Source: a virus
Virus record (IMG/VR): IMGVR_UViG_3300042882_000899
Coordinates: 32,001-96,000 of that record
Length of the DNA: 64,000 bases
Reading direction: 5' to 3' (one strand)
Shown: positions 1 through 9,812 of the stretch, piece after piece
How the letters are laid out: each line of letters begins with the position of its first letter
Numbering within the stretch: position 1 is the stretch's first letter
Notes under the pieces: model-generated
The model's database searches: none
What the model was told of the DNA's origin: nothing
What the model saw: only the letters and a program-made list of their open reading frames with translations
Translations under genes and position numbers: made by a program

Positions 1-13
1 GGCCCTAAGTAAC

Positions 14-106
14 ATGTGCGTTGAATGCGGTTGCGAAAGTTTAGGCAGTGAAACTGGAATTAAAGAAGTTAATATCCAGGATGTTTCAGATCAAGGTAAT
101 AGATAA
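14..106 (+). CDS. small CxxCGC peptide (30 aa, MCVECGC...)
   Basis: Manual translation; ATG at 14, TAA at 104-106 overlapping the next ATG. Confidence 0.55.
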   Translation: MCVECGCESLGSETGIKEVNIQDVSDQGNR

Positions 107-213
107 TGTGTAAAGATTGCGGATGTGGAGTAGAACAAGAAATTCAAAACGAGTCTGCTGAATCACCAGCTAGCAGAAACGTTGTAACTATATCACAGAT
201 TAAGGGCGCATAG
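106..213 (+). CDS. small CxxCGC peptide (35 aa, MCKDCGC...)
   Basis: Manual translation; TAATG coupling with the upstream peptide and the same N-terminal motif. Confidence 0.6.
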   Translation: MCKDCGCGVEQEIQNESAESPASRNVVTISQIKGA

Positions 214-395
214 TGTCAGAAAACGTTGTAAGCTCTGGAGAGGCAACTAAAAAAAATCCTTCTCAGGGTAAATTTAAATCTGGTATACAGTCTAAAAGAC
301 CACCAATTAAGATAGACGTTAACAAGCACGGAATTAGAAGAGAAACTCCAACTGTTCCTAAATCACCTAGAAAAACTGGAAGAAAAAAAGTATAA
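213..395 (+). CDS. small basic hypothetical protein
   Basis: ORF track; TAGTG coupling with the upstream ORF; K/R-rich. Confidence 0.6.
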   Translation: MSENVVSSGEATKKNPSQGKFKSGIQSKRPPIKIDVNKHGIRRETPTVPKSPRKTGRKKV

Positions 396-757
396 TGTCG
401 CCAAAAAAGTTTGGCAAATTTGCGCCATTTAATGATACCATTATAAAAGATGGTAAAATTATAAAGATTAGAAAAGACGGTAGAATAAAGTCTATTGTTA
501 ATGATTACGAACCTAACCATAAAGGGGATAAAAAATTAGAAAGCTTCAGGACGGAACAGAAGTAGAAGAATTTGAATTCCCTATAGATTTAATTATACAC
601 ACTAAAGCACCTGCTAAGTGGAAAATTATTGACATGGAGACTGGCGAAGAGTACCTTGGAAACCAAGAACCCCATAAAACTTTTGCGGAGATCTTGAGAT
701 CTAGGGTTTCTTCTGGTAAAATTGGTCAATGGAAGAAAATAAAAAGGAGATCTGGTC

Positions 758-1237
758 ATGAATGAAAAAAATGTAGCTGAATGGATAGATGAGGATTTAA
801 TAAAAAACGGAATTGCAGACGTTGTTAAAAATTTGAATTTATATAACTATAAGTATTTAAACATTCATTTTATACCAAATATCTTGAGCGATACCTGTTC
901 AATAGAAGTTGAAGAGCTAAAAAGTGGTTACGAAGTTATTGATGGAATAGCCCTAGTAATCATAACATGTAATTCTGATCAGGATAAAGAGCTATGGTTA
1001 AAAGAAAATAACATCCCAGACTATTGGAATATATTCTTAGATCACGATAGAAGTGTATCTAAAAATTTTTCTAATCTAAATACAGAATACGATATCCCAG
1101 AAAGACTTTCCTGCTTAGTTAATTTTAACGGCGAGGTCCTGTGGTCCATGAAAAATGGTTTAAACGAAAAAAGAGATATGCTACTTTCAAATGAATTTAA
1201 TAAAGGCTTTGAAACTTTAAAAAATACAGCAGAGTAG
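758..1237 (+). CDS. degenerate AhpC/TSA peroxiredoxin/thioredoxin-fold-like protein
   Basis: FIP....TCSIE, then ..LDHDRSVSK.. and PERLSCLVNFNGEV resemble the AhpC/TSA pattern. Confidence 0.45.
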   Translation: MNEKNVAEWIDEDLIKNGIADVVKNLNLYNYKYLNIHFIPNILSDTCSIEVEELKSGYEVIDGIALVIITCNSDQDKELWLKENNIPDYWNIFLDHDRSVSKNFSNLNTEYDIPERLSCLVNFNGEVLWSMKNGLNEKRDMLLSNEFNKGFETLKNTAE

Positions 1238-1241
1238 TTTA

Positions 1242-2036
1242 ATGAAAAAGTTGTATTTTTTACATATACCAAAAACTGCTGGTAAATTTGTATCTGCTGG
1301 TGTATCAAAATCTCTTTCGGATCATGCTAACTCTTTATACATAAGCACACATTTTCCTAACAACAAAGAATTTTTATCGGATAAAATATATATCTCTGCA
1401 CATGCTGGTATGTATATACCAGAAAACGTAGAAGGTGTTGATGTAGCCACTATAGTTAGGAATCCCATTCATGCCAGGGCAAGCTACTTTAATTTTATAT
1501 ATCATATGTATTTAGACAAAAGGGAAGAGTATCTAAATCTTAATACAATGCGTGAAAAGTTCTTATACTACCTCTTTGAAGATAATAATTTTTTATCCCA
1601 TAACAATTATCAAACCAGATTTCTATGCAATTCTTCAAACCCAAAATCATGGGACAGAAAAGAGTATTTTAAAGAAAGCAATAGTCTTTTAAAAAAATAT
1701 CATGACGGTCAGGCTTTTGATTGGTTTATTGATAATGATAATACTTCAGTAGAATTAGCTATTTCAAATTTATCTAATTTTAAAATAAAAAATACTGTTG
1801 AAAGGATAGATTTATTTTTAGAAAGCGTATCTTCATGGTTTATGGATAACTATGGGATCAGCGTAGAGTTTAATAAAAATGATAGGATAAACGAAAGCTT
1901 GTCGAAGGACAAAAATAATTCCTATTCATCTAAAGATTTAATTGACATGCTAAGCGAAAAAGAAATAGAAAAAGTTTTAACTTTAAATAGCATGGACTAT
2001 GCTGTTTATAATTTTGTAAAGGGCATGGAGTCTTAA
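1242..2036 (+). CDS. sulfotransferase family (Sulfotransfer_2-like) protein
   Basis: LYFLHIPKTAG PAPS-binding motif, TIVRNP..R..S motif, C-terminal LNSMDYAVY. Confidence 0.8.
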   Translation: MKKLYFLHIPKTAGKFVSAGVSKSLSDHANSLYISTHFPNNKEFLSDKIYISAHAGMYIPENVEGVDVATIVRNPIHARASYFNFIYHMYLDKREEYLNLNTMREKFLYYLFEDNNFLSHNNYQTRFLCNSSNPKSWDRKEYFKESNSLLKKYHDGQAFDWFIDNDNTSVELAISNLSNFKIKNTVERIDLFLESVSSWFMDNYGISVEFNKNDRINESLSKDKNNSYSSKDLIDMLSEKEIEKVLTLNSMDYAVYNFVKGMES

Positions 2037-2037
2037 A

Positions 2038-3336
2038 ATGAAATTAAGTCCAGAAAGACCAAAAAAAGAATTAGAAGCGTTTAACTTTAAAATGCAAGGC
2101 TCATATGAAATAGATGAAATTACGAATATCGCCTTGTCATTTGATAAGCAGTGGAATTTATATACCTCTAGACAAAAAGAAGTGTATCCAGATAGAGTAA
2201 ACCCACATCTACACACAAATACTTATATCATACAGAACCACCCCCTGGACTGGGTTTTTGGAAGCCCAATAGCATCAGAGGTTTTGGATCCAGAAGCATT
2301 GTCTTCTATTTCTCATATAGTAGAATCTCTGGAGGAGGATTTAGTTGGAAAAGCTGCCAGAGTGCTTTTGATAAAACTAGAAGCTAATAAAGATGTCGCT
2401 ACACATGTTGATAATGGCGACTACTTATCAACAGTTAGAAGGTTTCACATACCATTGATAACAAATGATTTAGTTTCATATACAGTTAATGATGAAACTA
2501 TACATATGAAAAAATCTGAATGCTGGGAAATAAACAACCTAAAATATCATTCAGTTAGAAATGATGGGGATCAAGATAGAATACACTTATTAATAGATAT
2601 ACTTCCTGAGTATTCATTTAGAGTTTATAACGATAATTTAGACAAAAATGTTAGAATTATTGAAAATTTTATAACATCAGAAGAAGCAATTTTTTTTATA
2701 GATTATATAAACAAAAATAAAGATGACAAATCTAAATTTCCTTTAACAAGAGGCGAGGTGAGAGGAAAGATTAGAAGTGAAGCAAACATACCAGAGCTGG
2801 TGCCATTAAAAAAACATGAGGAAATACTAAATCAAATAAAAGATATTTCTAATAGGACTATGCGTGAGTTTAAGGATATATCTGGCAAAGATGACCTGTG
2901 CACCTCTGCATTTTGGATGACCAGACTTGGTCCCAATACAGTTTTGCCAATGCATACAGATGACCACAAGTTTGCTCAACATCTCTATATGAGCTCAGTT
3001 ATATATTTAAATGAAGATTATGAGGGCGGCTATATTAAATTTAAAGATGTTGATGTAACCTATAAGCCTAAAAAATATAGTGCAATATTTTTCCCATCTT
3101 CATATCAGCATGCAGTAACTAGAGTGAAAAGTGGTATAAGAATGACTTTGCCTAACTGGGTTTCGCTTGGGCAGGAAAGAAATATATTTGTAGAGAATCC
3201 AATTGTACATGATCCAAGAACTTTATTTGGTAGTGATTCTGATGATCCAGCTCTTCCAGCCCTTCTAGCAAGCTGGGCCAAAGCAAACAAGACAACAATA
3301 GCTGGTTATGATGGAACTGAGTATTATGGAGAGTAA
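2038..3336 (+). CDS. two-domain 2OG-Fe(II) oxygenase (AspH-like + prolyl-4-hydroxylase-like)
   Basis: HVD...RFHIPL...H.V.N...RIHL in the N-terminal domain; HTD...YLNEDYEGG...H.V...R in the C-terminal domain. Confidence 0.8.
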   Translation: MKLSPERPKKELEAFNFKMQGSYEIDEITNIALSFDKQWNLYTSRQKEVYPDRVNPHLHTNTYIIQNHPLDWVFGSPIASEVLDPEALSSISHIVESLEEDLVGKAARVLLIKLEANKDVATHVDNGDYLSTVRRFHIPLITNDLVSYTVNDETIHMKKSECWEINNLKYHSVRNDGDQDRIHLLIDILPEYSFRVYNDNLDKNVRIIENFITSEEAIFFIDYINKNKDDKSKFPLTRGEVRGKIRSEANIPELVPLKKHEEILNQIKDISNRTMREFKDISGKDDLCTSAFWMTRLGPNTVLPMHTDDHKFAQHLYMSSVIYLNEDYEGGYIKFKDVDVTYKPKKYSAIFFPSSYQHAVTRVKSGIRMTLPNWVSLGQERNIFVENPIVHDPRTLFGSDSDDPALPALLASWAKANKTTIAGYDGTEYYGE

Positions 3337-4030
3337 AACGTTTGATCAAGAACACGCCATAGATTTGCTTGGTTACAACCTTAATAAAGTACCAATAAGT
3401 GAAGTTATTTGGTTAGATAAAAGCATACTGTTAAGTTTTGATTTAATGATTCACAAAAGCCCACTGCAGTACTCAGCTATAGTAGATATTGATTTTTTTA
3501 CACATGATAAAGATAAGGCATTTGAAAAAGAAAAGGCAAAATCATTTGCATCGATAACAATAAACGATAAAAGCATTTTATTGTCTTACAATGATTTCAG
3601 CATAAAATCTCCTTATATTTTTAATTTATTTGATTATGATAATAAATGGCATAGTTTTGAAATAGAAATTTTTCGGGAAAATCTATGGTGTCCAAATAAA
3701 AAATGTAAGTTTGAAGATTGTGTTCATTTAGATGCAGAGGCTTTAGATGATGACTATTTGGGATGGGACAATAGAGGATTAAAAAAGCATAGACGGGTTT
3801 CACTGTCTATTGATGGTTCAGAAAAACAATATTTTAACTATATGACTGATGCTAATAATTCTGTGATAAGTTTTGGAAACAATAACTTTAATCTAACAAA
3901 AGATTCAAAGTTGTATGCAGACGTAATTAAATATAATTTAGCAAATAAGCCATCATTATCATTAAAAAACATAAAAGCTGTATCGGGCGAGGATGAGGTA
4001 GAGTTTACATTAAAGAATAATATAAGTTAA
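3308..4030 (+). CDS. hypothetical protein
   Basis: 240-aa ORF overlapping the upstream gene end. Confidence 0.6.
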   Translation: MMELSIMESKTFDQEHAIDLLGYNLNKVPISEVIWLDKSILLSFDLMIHKSPLQYSAIVDIDFFTHDKDKAFEKEKAKSFASITINDKSILLSYNDFSIKSPYIFNLFDYDNKWHSFEIEIFRENLWCPNKKCKFEDCVHLDAEALDDDYLGWDNRGLKKHRRVSLSIDGSEKQYFNYMTDANNSVISFGNNNFNLTKDSKLYADVIKYNLANKPSLSLKNIKAVSGEDEVEFTLKNNIS

Positions 4031-4227
4031 AAATATGCTATTGACATACACCTACATATATTATATAATTTAATTATGAAAACTTTAGGAACATTAATTT
4101 TGTTAGGATTTATTGCCTACTTTATCTTTGCTGCTTATAGAGATATGAAGCAGGCAGTTGAAGCAACAAAGATACAGGAAAAGTACAATACAGACAAATT
4201 TTGGACATCTCAAAGGGATTTTGAGGA

Positions 4228-4530
4228 ATGAGTATGATTAAGCCATATGGCAATTTGCTGCTAGTTAAAGAAGATAAGGTAGAAGACAAAACAACATCCT
4301 CTGGTATTGTTTTGATGGCTTCTTTAAATGAATCATCTCTTAGAACTGGAAAGATCATCGACCTTGGAAATGGTGAGCATAACTATAAGGGTGAGCTAAT
4401 CCCTATTAACGGATTAGACGTTGGTGATGTAGTTTACTACAATCAAAACAGCGGTATTGATATTGAAGATGAAGGCGGAGAAAAGTATTTACTTCTGAAT
4501 ACAAAAAGCGTACTAGCGATTAAGGATTAA
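4228..4530 (+). CDS. groES: co-chaperonin GroES (Cpn10)
   Basis: IKPYGNLLLV..EDKTTSSGIVL, G.G, VGDVVYY, YLLL....VLAI. Confidence 0.9.
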   Translation: MSMIKPYGNLLLVKEDKVEDKTTSSGIVLMASLNESSLRTGKIIDLGNGEHNYKGELIPINGLDVGDVVYYNQNSGIDIEDEGGEKYLLLNTKSVLAIKD

Positions 4531-4810
4531 TTATTGTGAGAGAGCCTAAAATCATGAAGATGGACTGGCGTTCACTAGGATATTGGCCAGTTTACAAAGA
4601 TGAAAAGCTTACATGGGAAAAGGATCCTGATAAAGATGTGCAATAAATGCGGGATGTATCAAGAGAACATAGAGTATTGGGATAATCATCAGACTATGTC
4701 AGATAACAATGTATGGTGTGCTAAATGAAAGCTTTCTTAATATTAATGCTAGGTTTATTTCTATTTCTTAATTACATGGCCTGGTTACAACAGCAAAGAA
4801 TGGTCGGATA

Positions 4811-5080
4811 ATGATTGATTGGTTAGTTAATCGCATATTTAGATTTACATCTCTAAGGCAGGCCATCTTTAATGAAGTACATCTGTATGACCATTTAGAT
4901 AGTATTATGAGTGACCCAGAATCTATGGAAACAGCATCATTGAGCTGGTGTGAAGGAGATACATGGTATGGTTGGGCGCATGATAGTAACGCAAAACGTT
5001 ACTACTTTGATGATATTGGAAATAAGTCTCTCATTGGATTATGGGAAGATCAATTTTTAAGCAAGGCTGATAACAATTAG
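4811..5080 (+). CDS. hypothetical protein
   Basis: ORF track, 89 aa. Confidence 0.6.
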   Translation: MIDWLVNRIFRFTSLRQAIFNEVHLYDHLDSIMSDPESMETASLSWCEGDTWYGWAHDSNAKRYYFDDIGNKSLIGLWEDQFLSKADNN

Positions 5081-5083
5081 AAT

Positions 5084-5154
5084 TTCAGGTTCCTATAATG
5101 GTCGTAGAGCGGTTTCCGAAACCGACAATGAAGGTCCGATTCCTTCACCTGGAG
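5084..5154 (+). tRNA. tRNA-Arg(CCG)
   Basis: Acceptor stem TTCAGGT/ACCTGGA; D-stem CTAT/GTAG; anticodon loop TTCCGAA; T-arm GAAGG-TCCGATT-CCTTC; no encoded CCA. Confidence 0.75.
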
Positions 5155-5365
5155 CATAATGCCTAAACGTTGGGAAGATAAATCTCAATGGATAACTCAT
5201 TGCCCAATATGTTTTTGTGCAACCACACATCAATTATTAGATTTTCATTTACAATATCATAAAATGTTGATCCCAATTAGTGAGGCCGTCGAAAAAAGAG
5301 ACATCTCAGTCAACTACGTTGACGCAACTGATGGTATAATAGATATCTAACGATAAGGATATAGT

Positions 5366-5596
5366 ATGTGGTGGTCATGGGTACTTGCTGCGATAGGTGT
5401 AGCTGGGATATATTTTGTAGGTCGAAAAGATAAGTGGGGGTGGTTTGTCCTGCTATTTAACGAATGTCTCTGGATAGCTTACGCAGTAATAACAAAACAG
5501 TATGGGTTTATTGCATCTGCAATCGCATATGCAGCAGTGTATATTAGATCTTATATACACTGGTCTAAAGAGCCAGTAAATAAAATAAGCATATGA
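5366..5596 (+). CDS. short PnuC-like membrane protein
   Basis: Hydrophobic; GRK..WGW.......LW..Y.....YG pattern. Confidence 0.55.
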   Translation: MWWSWVLAAIGVAGIYFVGRKDKWGWFVLLFNECLWIAYAVITKQYGFIASAIAYAAVYIRSYIHWSKEPVNKISI

Positions 5597-6372
5597 AACA
5601 AACAATTAAGTTTCATTCAAAAACATTTAAAAACAATTTAGTTAAAGAAAATGCCCCATCACCTGCAAAAAGCTTTATGCCAGACTGGTTTGTGTCTAAA
5701 GAAAAATATGTTGTGGATGAAAATAATAACAAGTCTATTGAGTTTTACAAAACTAAAGATGGATCTGTCAAATTCAAAAGAAACAGAACGTATAAAGCTT
5801 GCCCTGCACTACTGGATTCTTTGTCGTCTGGCTACCTATTGTACACTCCATGCGACATAGAGGTTAAGAAAAAAGATGGGCAATACTTAATATCCGTAAA
5901 TGAAGATTTTGGTTCTGGAGTCAATGTAAAAAATGGTGCATTTTCATTTATTAGGGGCGAGAATGACGGATTTCCAACCCCAGTTGGCCACAGCCCAGTG
6001 CATTTTGTATGGAATACCAACTGGTTTCCAGAGGTTCCAGATGGGTATGTAGCTCTATTTGCTCACCCTATAAACAGGTTTGATCTACCATTCACAACAA
6101 TATCTGGAATAGTAGATTGCAGCGGATACATAAATGGAGGGGCAATCCCTTTCTTTATCAAAGAAGGATTTGAAGGTATAATAGAAGCTGGCACACCATT
6201 TGTTCAGATAATTCCATTTAAAAACGAGCAATGGGAGCACGAATCTATATTCTATAACGAAGAAGAGTCCTTAATTCATAGGCAACAAATGAACTCAGAA
6301 TATAGAGTTGTAGATGTTGATCACGACACTAACTATAAGCAAAAATTTTGGACTAAAAAAACTTATAAATAG
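5593..6372 (+). CDS. DUF6065-like protein (paralog of 38886-39611)
   Basis: P.PA...PDWF, KACP...SGY, HP.N..LPF..SG.VD, IEAGTP.VQIIP. Confidence 0.55.
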   Translation: MKQTIKFHSKTFKNNLVKENAPSPAKSFMPDWFVSKEKYVVDENNNKSIEFYKTKDGSVKFKRNRTYKACPALLDSLSSGYLLYTPCDIEVKKKDGQYLISVNEDFGSGVNVKNGAFSFIRGENDGFPTPVGHSPVHFVWNTNWFPEVPDGYVALFAHPINRFDLPFTTISGIVDCSGYINGGAIPFFIKEGFEGIIEAGTPFVQIIPFKNEQWEHESIFYNEEESLIHRQQMNSEYRVVDVDHDTNYKQKFWTKKTYK

Positions 6373-6381
6373 GGGGAACAA

Positions 6382-6630
6382 ATGGCATACTCTAGATTCG
6401 CAGATAGCGATATATACATCTATCCTCATGTTGGCGGGTGGATTGAATGTGCAGCATGCTGGCTAAATGAGCCTTCAGATGAATATTCTTTATTCTCTAT
6501 GTCAGAAGAAATACATGACGATGGTCATCTAATTGCACATGTAAGAGAACATATTAAGGCGGGACACAATATTCCAACTGGTCTACTAATGGACATCCTG
6601 GAAGATGATAATAGATATGGTAAAATATAA
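6382..6630 (+). CDS. hypothetical protein
   Basis: GGGGG SD; MAYSRF..SD.Y.Y, CxxC. Confidence 0.7.
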   Translation: MAYSRFADSDIYIYPHVGGWIECAACWLNEPSDEYSLFSMSEEIHDDGHLIAHVREHIKAGHNIPTGLLMDILEDDNRYGKI

Positions 6631-6632
6631 TT

Positions 6633-6854
6633 ATGGATAATATAGAATTAACAGATGAAGAGATCTCAAAGGGCTATGAGTCAGATAACCCAGATGAAGA
6701 TAAATGGGACAACATTGAAAAAGCTTGCTGGAGCGGTTATAAGCAGGTTGGTATGAAAGAAAAGGGTGGACAAAAAGTCCCCAACTGCGTACCTGTAAAA
6801 AAGTCCCTATTTGGCACTGAAGGCCCCCAGAAGCTCATACCAAGGAATAAGTAA
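6633..6854 (+). CDS. small protein with CW.GY...G.K....VPNCVP motif
   Basis: ORF track; motif of a kind seen in phage proteins. Confidence 0.65.
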   Translation: MDNIELTDEEISKGYESDNPDEDKWDNIEKACWSGYKQVGMKEKGGQKVPNCVPVKKSLFGTEGPQKLIPRNK

Positions 6855-7023
6855 CATGGGTATACTAGACAACCTTGAAGCGGCTTTAGAGGCGGAAGAG
6901 GCAGAAAAGTGTCATTACTGCCAAGCTGTAGCTATATATAATGACCTTGCTGAAGTAGATAAGAACTATCAAATAGTAGGCGTATGTGCATGCCATTCAT
7001 TTAAAGGACTATCCTCCTAACTA

Positions 7024-7053
7024 TTGACAATTCCTAGTCGACTAGGATATAAT
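7024..7053 (+). promoter_or_regulatory. sigma-A promoter with palindromic spacer, leaderless protease mRNA
   Basis: TTGACA-N18-TATAAT; spacer holds TCCTAGTCGACTAGGA; ATG 5 nt after the -10. Confidence 0.7.
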
Positions 7054-7058
7054 GTAAT

Positions 7059-8015
7059 ATGAAAAAAACAAAATGGCTATCATCAATTGCTATATCAATT
7101 ATTATGGCTATTTCTCCTGCGTCAGCAGTCGAGAATGGAACCTTATTAACACACGATGACAATGCTGTCTATTTATTAGACGGATCAGTAAATGCTTTCC
7201 TTTACAAGCCACAGATCGTATTCACATCTGCACATGGAATGGACCAGTGGGCTAAAGGAGATCTATTTGTTAATACATCCTACGGCAAAAAAGTAATGGT
7301 TAAACAGATACTAATGGCAAAGGGATTTAAAGATAGAATAATTACTAAAGAATCAATTGCGTCAGGAACATCAGTCACAAGCAGGTCCAATGACTTTGCA
7401 ATACTAATCTTATCAGAACCAATTCCAATGACAAATACAGTAGAATTAATTAAGGCTGAAGATCTTCCTATCATTCTTAATAGCCAAGAGCCAGTATACT
7501 CAGTTGGATATAGCTATTATGACAACACTCGCAAGAAAGACCAGAGCCCAAGACAACTTGAAGCAAAGATGATTGATAAAGAGTTGGCACGTCAGATATA
7601 CCAAAGGTACTATTCAGTCTGGCATCCAAATTGGGGTCCACGTGGAGCAACATTCGAACTGCTAGATATTCAATTAGTACATTCTGCAGCAAAAGGCTCA
7701 GGTTGTGACGGAGACTCAGGCAGTGGTTACTTTATTAAAAGGGGTGAAAACAAGGTCTACTTGGGTCCTGCTGGGGCACACAGTATTGGAATACCAAACT
7801 GCGGTCAGCCTGGATATTGGGGTGAGTACGGTAATGCCTTTGGTATTGAACCTGTATATAAACACTTAGATCTTATAAAAGAGGCTGAACTAATTGTTGA
7901 TAGCATGGTAATTAAGCCAGTAGACCCGAAGGTGGAACCTAAAGTAGAACCGAAAAAGAAGTATAATAGGAGATGGTCTAGCTTATTCAGGTATACACAA
8001 TTTCTTATGTGTTAA
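7059..8015 (+). CDS. secreted trypsin-like serine protease
   Basis: Signal peptide; catalytic triad motifs TSAH, NDFA, GDSGS. Confidence 0.85.
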   Translation: MKKTKWLSSIAISIIMAISPASAVENGTLLTHDDNAVYLLDGSVNAFLYKPQIVFTSAHGMDQWAKGDLFVNTSYGKKVMVKQILMAKGFKDRIITKESIASGTSVTSRSNDFAILILSEPIPMTNTVELIKAEDLPIILNSQEPVYSVGYSYYDNTRKKDQSPRQLEAKMIDKELARQIYQRYYSVWHPNWGPRGATFELLDIQLVHSAAKGSGCDGDSGSGYFIKRGENKVYLGPAGAHSIGIPNCGQPGYWGEYGNAFGIEPVYKHLDLIKEAELIVDSMVIKPVDPKVEPKVEPKKKYNRRWSSLFRYTQFLMC

Positions 8016-8092
8016 TATAGTCTAATATAGGCCGAAAGTGAAGTCGAAAAGTAGAGACACCCAGTCACTACGTGACAATATAGATTGGCAAC

Positions 8093-8440
8093 ATGAAGAA
8101 TTTAAATCAGGTATTTAAGCCTTATAAGGCTCAGTTTGATAGATGCCCTATACATATTAAGATCCTAGCCATATTGTGCGTTATGTACCTATCTGTCCCA
8201 ATTGACCCATTTGATATACTATTCCCCTGGGCGGCATTCTCAGATGATATATTCATAGCAGGCATCCTACTCAAGATATTGCACAAACACGGCGGGCTAC
8301 CAGAAGAAGATAGAACTACCCCTATAGATCTACTAAGAGATATATTCAAGAGAACAGATAAGAAACAAGAAGATACTTCCTTGGCAGTACATTTATTTAA
8401 AGATAATGTATGCAAGGATTGTGGATTGAAGCAAGTATGA
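8093..8440 (+). CDS. DUF1232/YkvA-like membrane protein
   Basis: YL..PIDP.D..P.....DD motif. Confidence 0.7.
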   Translation: MKNLNQVFKPYKAQFDRCPIHIKILAILCVMYLSVPIDPFDILFPWAAFSDDIFIAGILLKILHKHGGLPEEDRTTPIDLLRDIFKRTDKKQEDTSLAVHLFKDNVCKDCGLKQV

Positions 8441-8645
8441 AAGAAGAATTAGATCCATTAGGCATATCTTGGAAAGATGCACCAGATTGGTGTGATGATT
8501 GCAATTCAAATCCTGGAGAAAAATGTCCAGATTGTGGCTATACACACAATTGCTAGAGCTCCACAAATAGGGACATATTAGCTCCTAACTACTATATCCC
8601 CCCTCCCTTTATCTCCCTTGTATCAGCCTCCTAGAGGCTTATATA

Positions 8646-8671
8646 GTGGAGTATTGTGGAGTAAAGTGGAG
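8646..8671 (+). promoter_or_regulatory. MraZ-type triple repeat (GTGGAG-N4)x3
   Basis: GTGGAG TATT GTGGAG TAAA GTGGAG with exact 10-bp period in non-coding DNA. Confidence 0.6.
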
Positions 8672-9067
8672 AATCATACTATCAATTAATGTCTAAATAC
8701 TATCATTATATATATCTAAACATATGTATGTAATGGAACGCTACCATTTGATGTTCATAATGTCAATAGCGCCTATATAAAGCATATTGGCCAATATATG
8801 TCAATAGATATTCCAGGAAATTTTTTTATTTGTTCGTAAAGAGCAATTTTGGCCCATATTTATGGCAAAAATTATGTCAAATTCTGCATGATTTGTCTCA
8901 TATAATGAGATATTCTATGCACATTTTGACAGATTATATTAGATTTAATACAAATTCCAGGGCATTTTTATATGTGATCGTAAAGAGAAAATTTGGCCCA
9001 TAAGATGGGCATACAAAAATGGGACATATAGCTAATTAAAGCCATATGCCCCATAGGGGAAGTTATC

Positions 9068-9412
9068 TTAGAATGAATCCAAGTCCATTATGTATTTACT
9101 ATCTCTTACTCTTGTTTCTTCAAGGGATTGGATTGTTAGGTTTCTATCCACCGCCCCGTATTTTGCTTCCAGGATGTCATTGAGAGCATCTGCCATAAGC
9201 AATCCTTCGGATGTGTATCCTTTATCCCATTCTGACTTTAATCTAAGGGAATTGTATTGGATAATGTATCTAACTAGTTCCATTAGCCTGTCTTGGGTAT
9301 ACAAGGTATGTTCAGTTGTTAATACATTTGCCATTACAGCAGGTGAGAAGTTAGCATTATTTAGATAGTCTGTTAGTTTTTCTGCCGCTTTGAATTCGTT
9401 TGCTTTAGCCAT
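9068..9412 (-). CDS. hypothetical early protein
   Basis: ORF track; own promoter and AACGAAAGG leader. Confidence 0.8.
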   Translation of the reverse strand: MAKANEFKAAEKLTDYLNNANFSPAVMANVLTTEHTLYTQDRLMELVRYIIQYNSLRLKSEWDKGYTSEGLLMADALNDILEAKYGAVDRNLTIQSLEETRVRDSKYIMDLDSF

Positions 9413-9467
9413 TGAGTTCCGCCTTTCGTTTTGATTATACCATTGACCACTGACATTTGTAAATGAA

Positions 9468-9498
9468 GGGGGACCCGCCTCAGCAGAGGCAGGTCCCC
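9468..9498 (-). terminator. GC-rich hairpin after the Lsr2-like gene
   Basis: GGGGACCTGCCTC-TGCT-GAGGCGGGTCCCC on the minus strand; weak U-tract. Confidence 0.55.
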
Positions 9499-9509
9499 AC
9501 AGTTAGTTG

Positions 9510-9662
9510 TTACTTGACGTTCTTCTTGTCTGTGAAGACTACGCCTTCTTGTGCTGCCTTGCTGATAGCTCCTAGAGCTGCTGCTGAAAAGCGACCACGC
9601 TTGCCTACAGAAATGCCCTGGGTCTTTAGGTACTCACGAGTTGTTGTTGGTGTTGATGTCAT
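9510..9662 (-). CDS. Lsr2 DNA-binding-domain-only protein (50 aa)
   Basis: Not in the ORF track. MTSTPTTTREYLKTQGISVGKRGRFSAAALGAISKA... resembles the Lsr2 C-domain (IREWA..NG..VS.RGRI); AGAAAGGA SD; TTTACA-N17-TATAAT promoter. Confidence 0.7.
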   Translation of the reverse strand: MTSTPTTTREYLKTQGISVGKRGRFSAAALGAISKAAQEGVVFTDKKNVK

Positions 9663-9812
9663 TTAGTTTGATCCTTTCTAGATCGAGTTGTTATATATAT
9701 TATATCCGAATTTCGGGGATTTGTAAATAGAGTCGTAAAGCAATATTTTTGCCCGTCTCCCTTAGATTGATGACCGTTATGTCCGAATTGTCCATAACGG
9801 TCCAACCTATCT

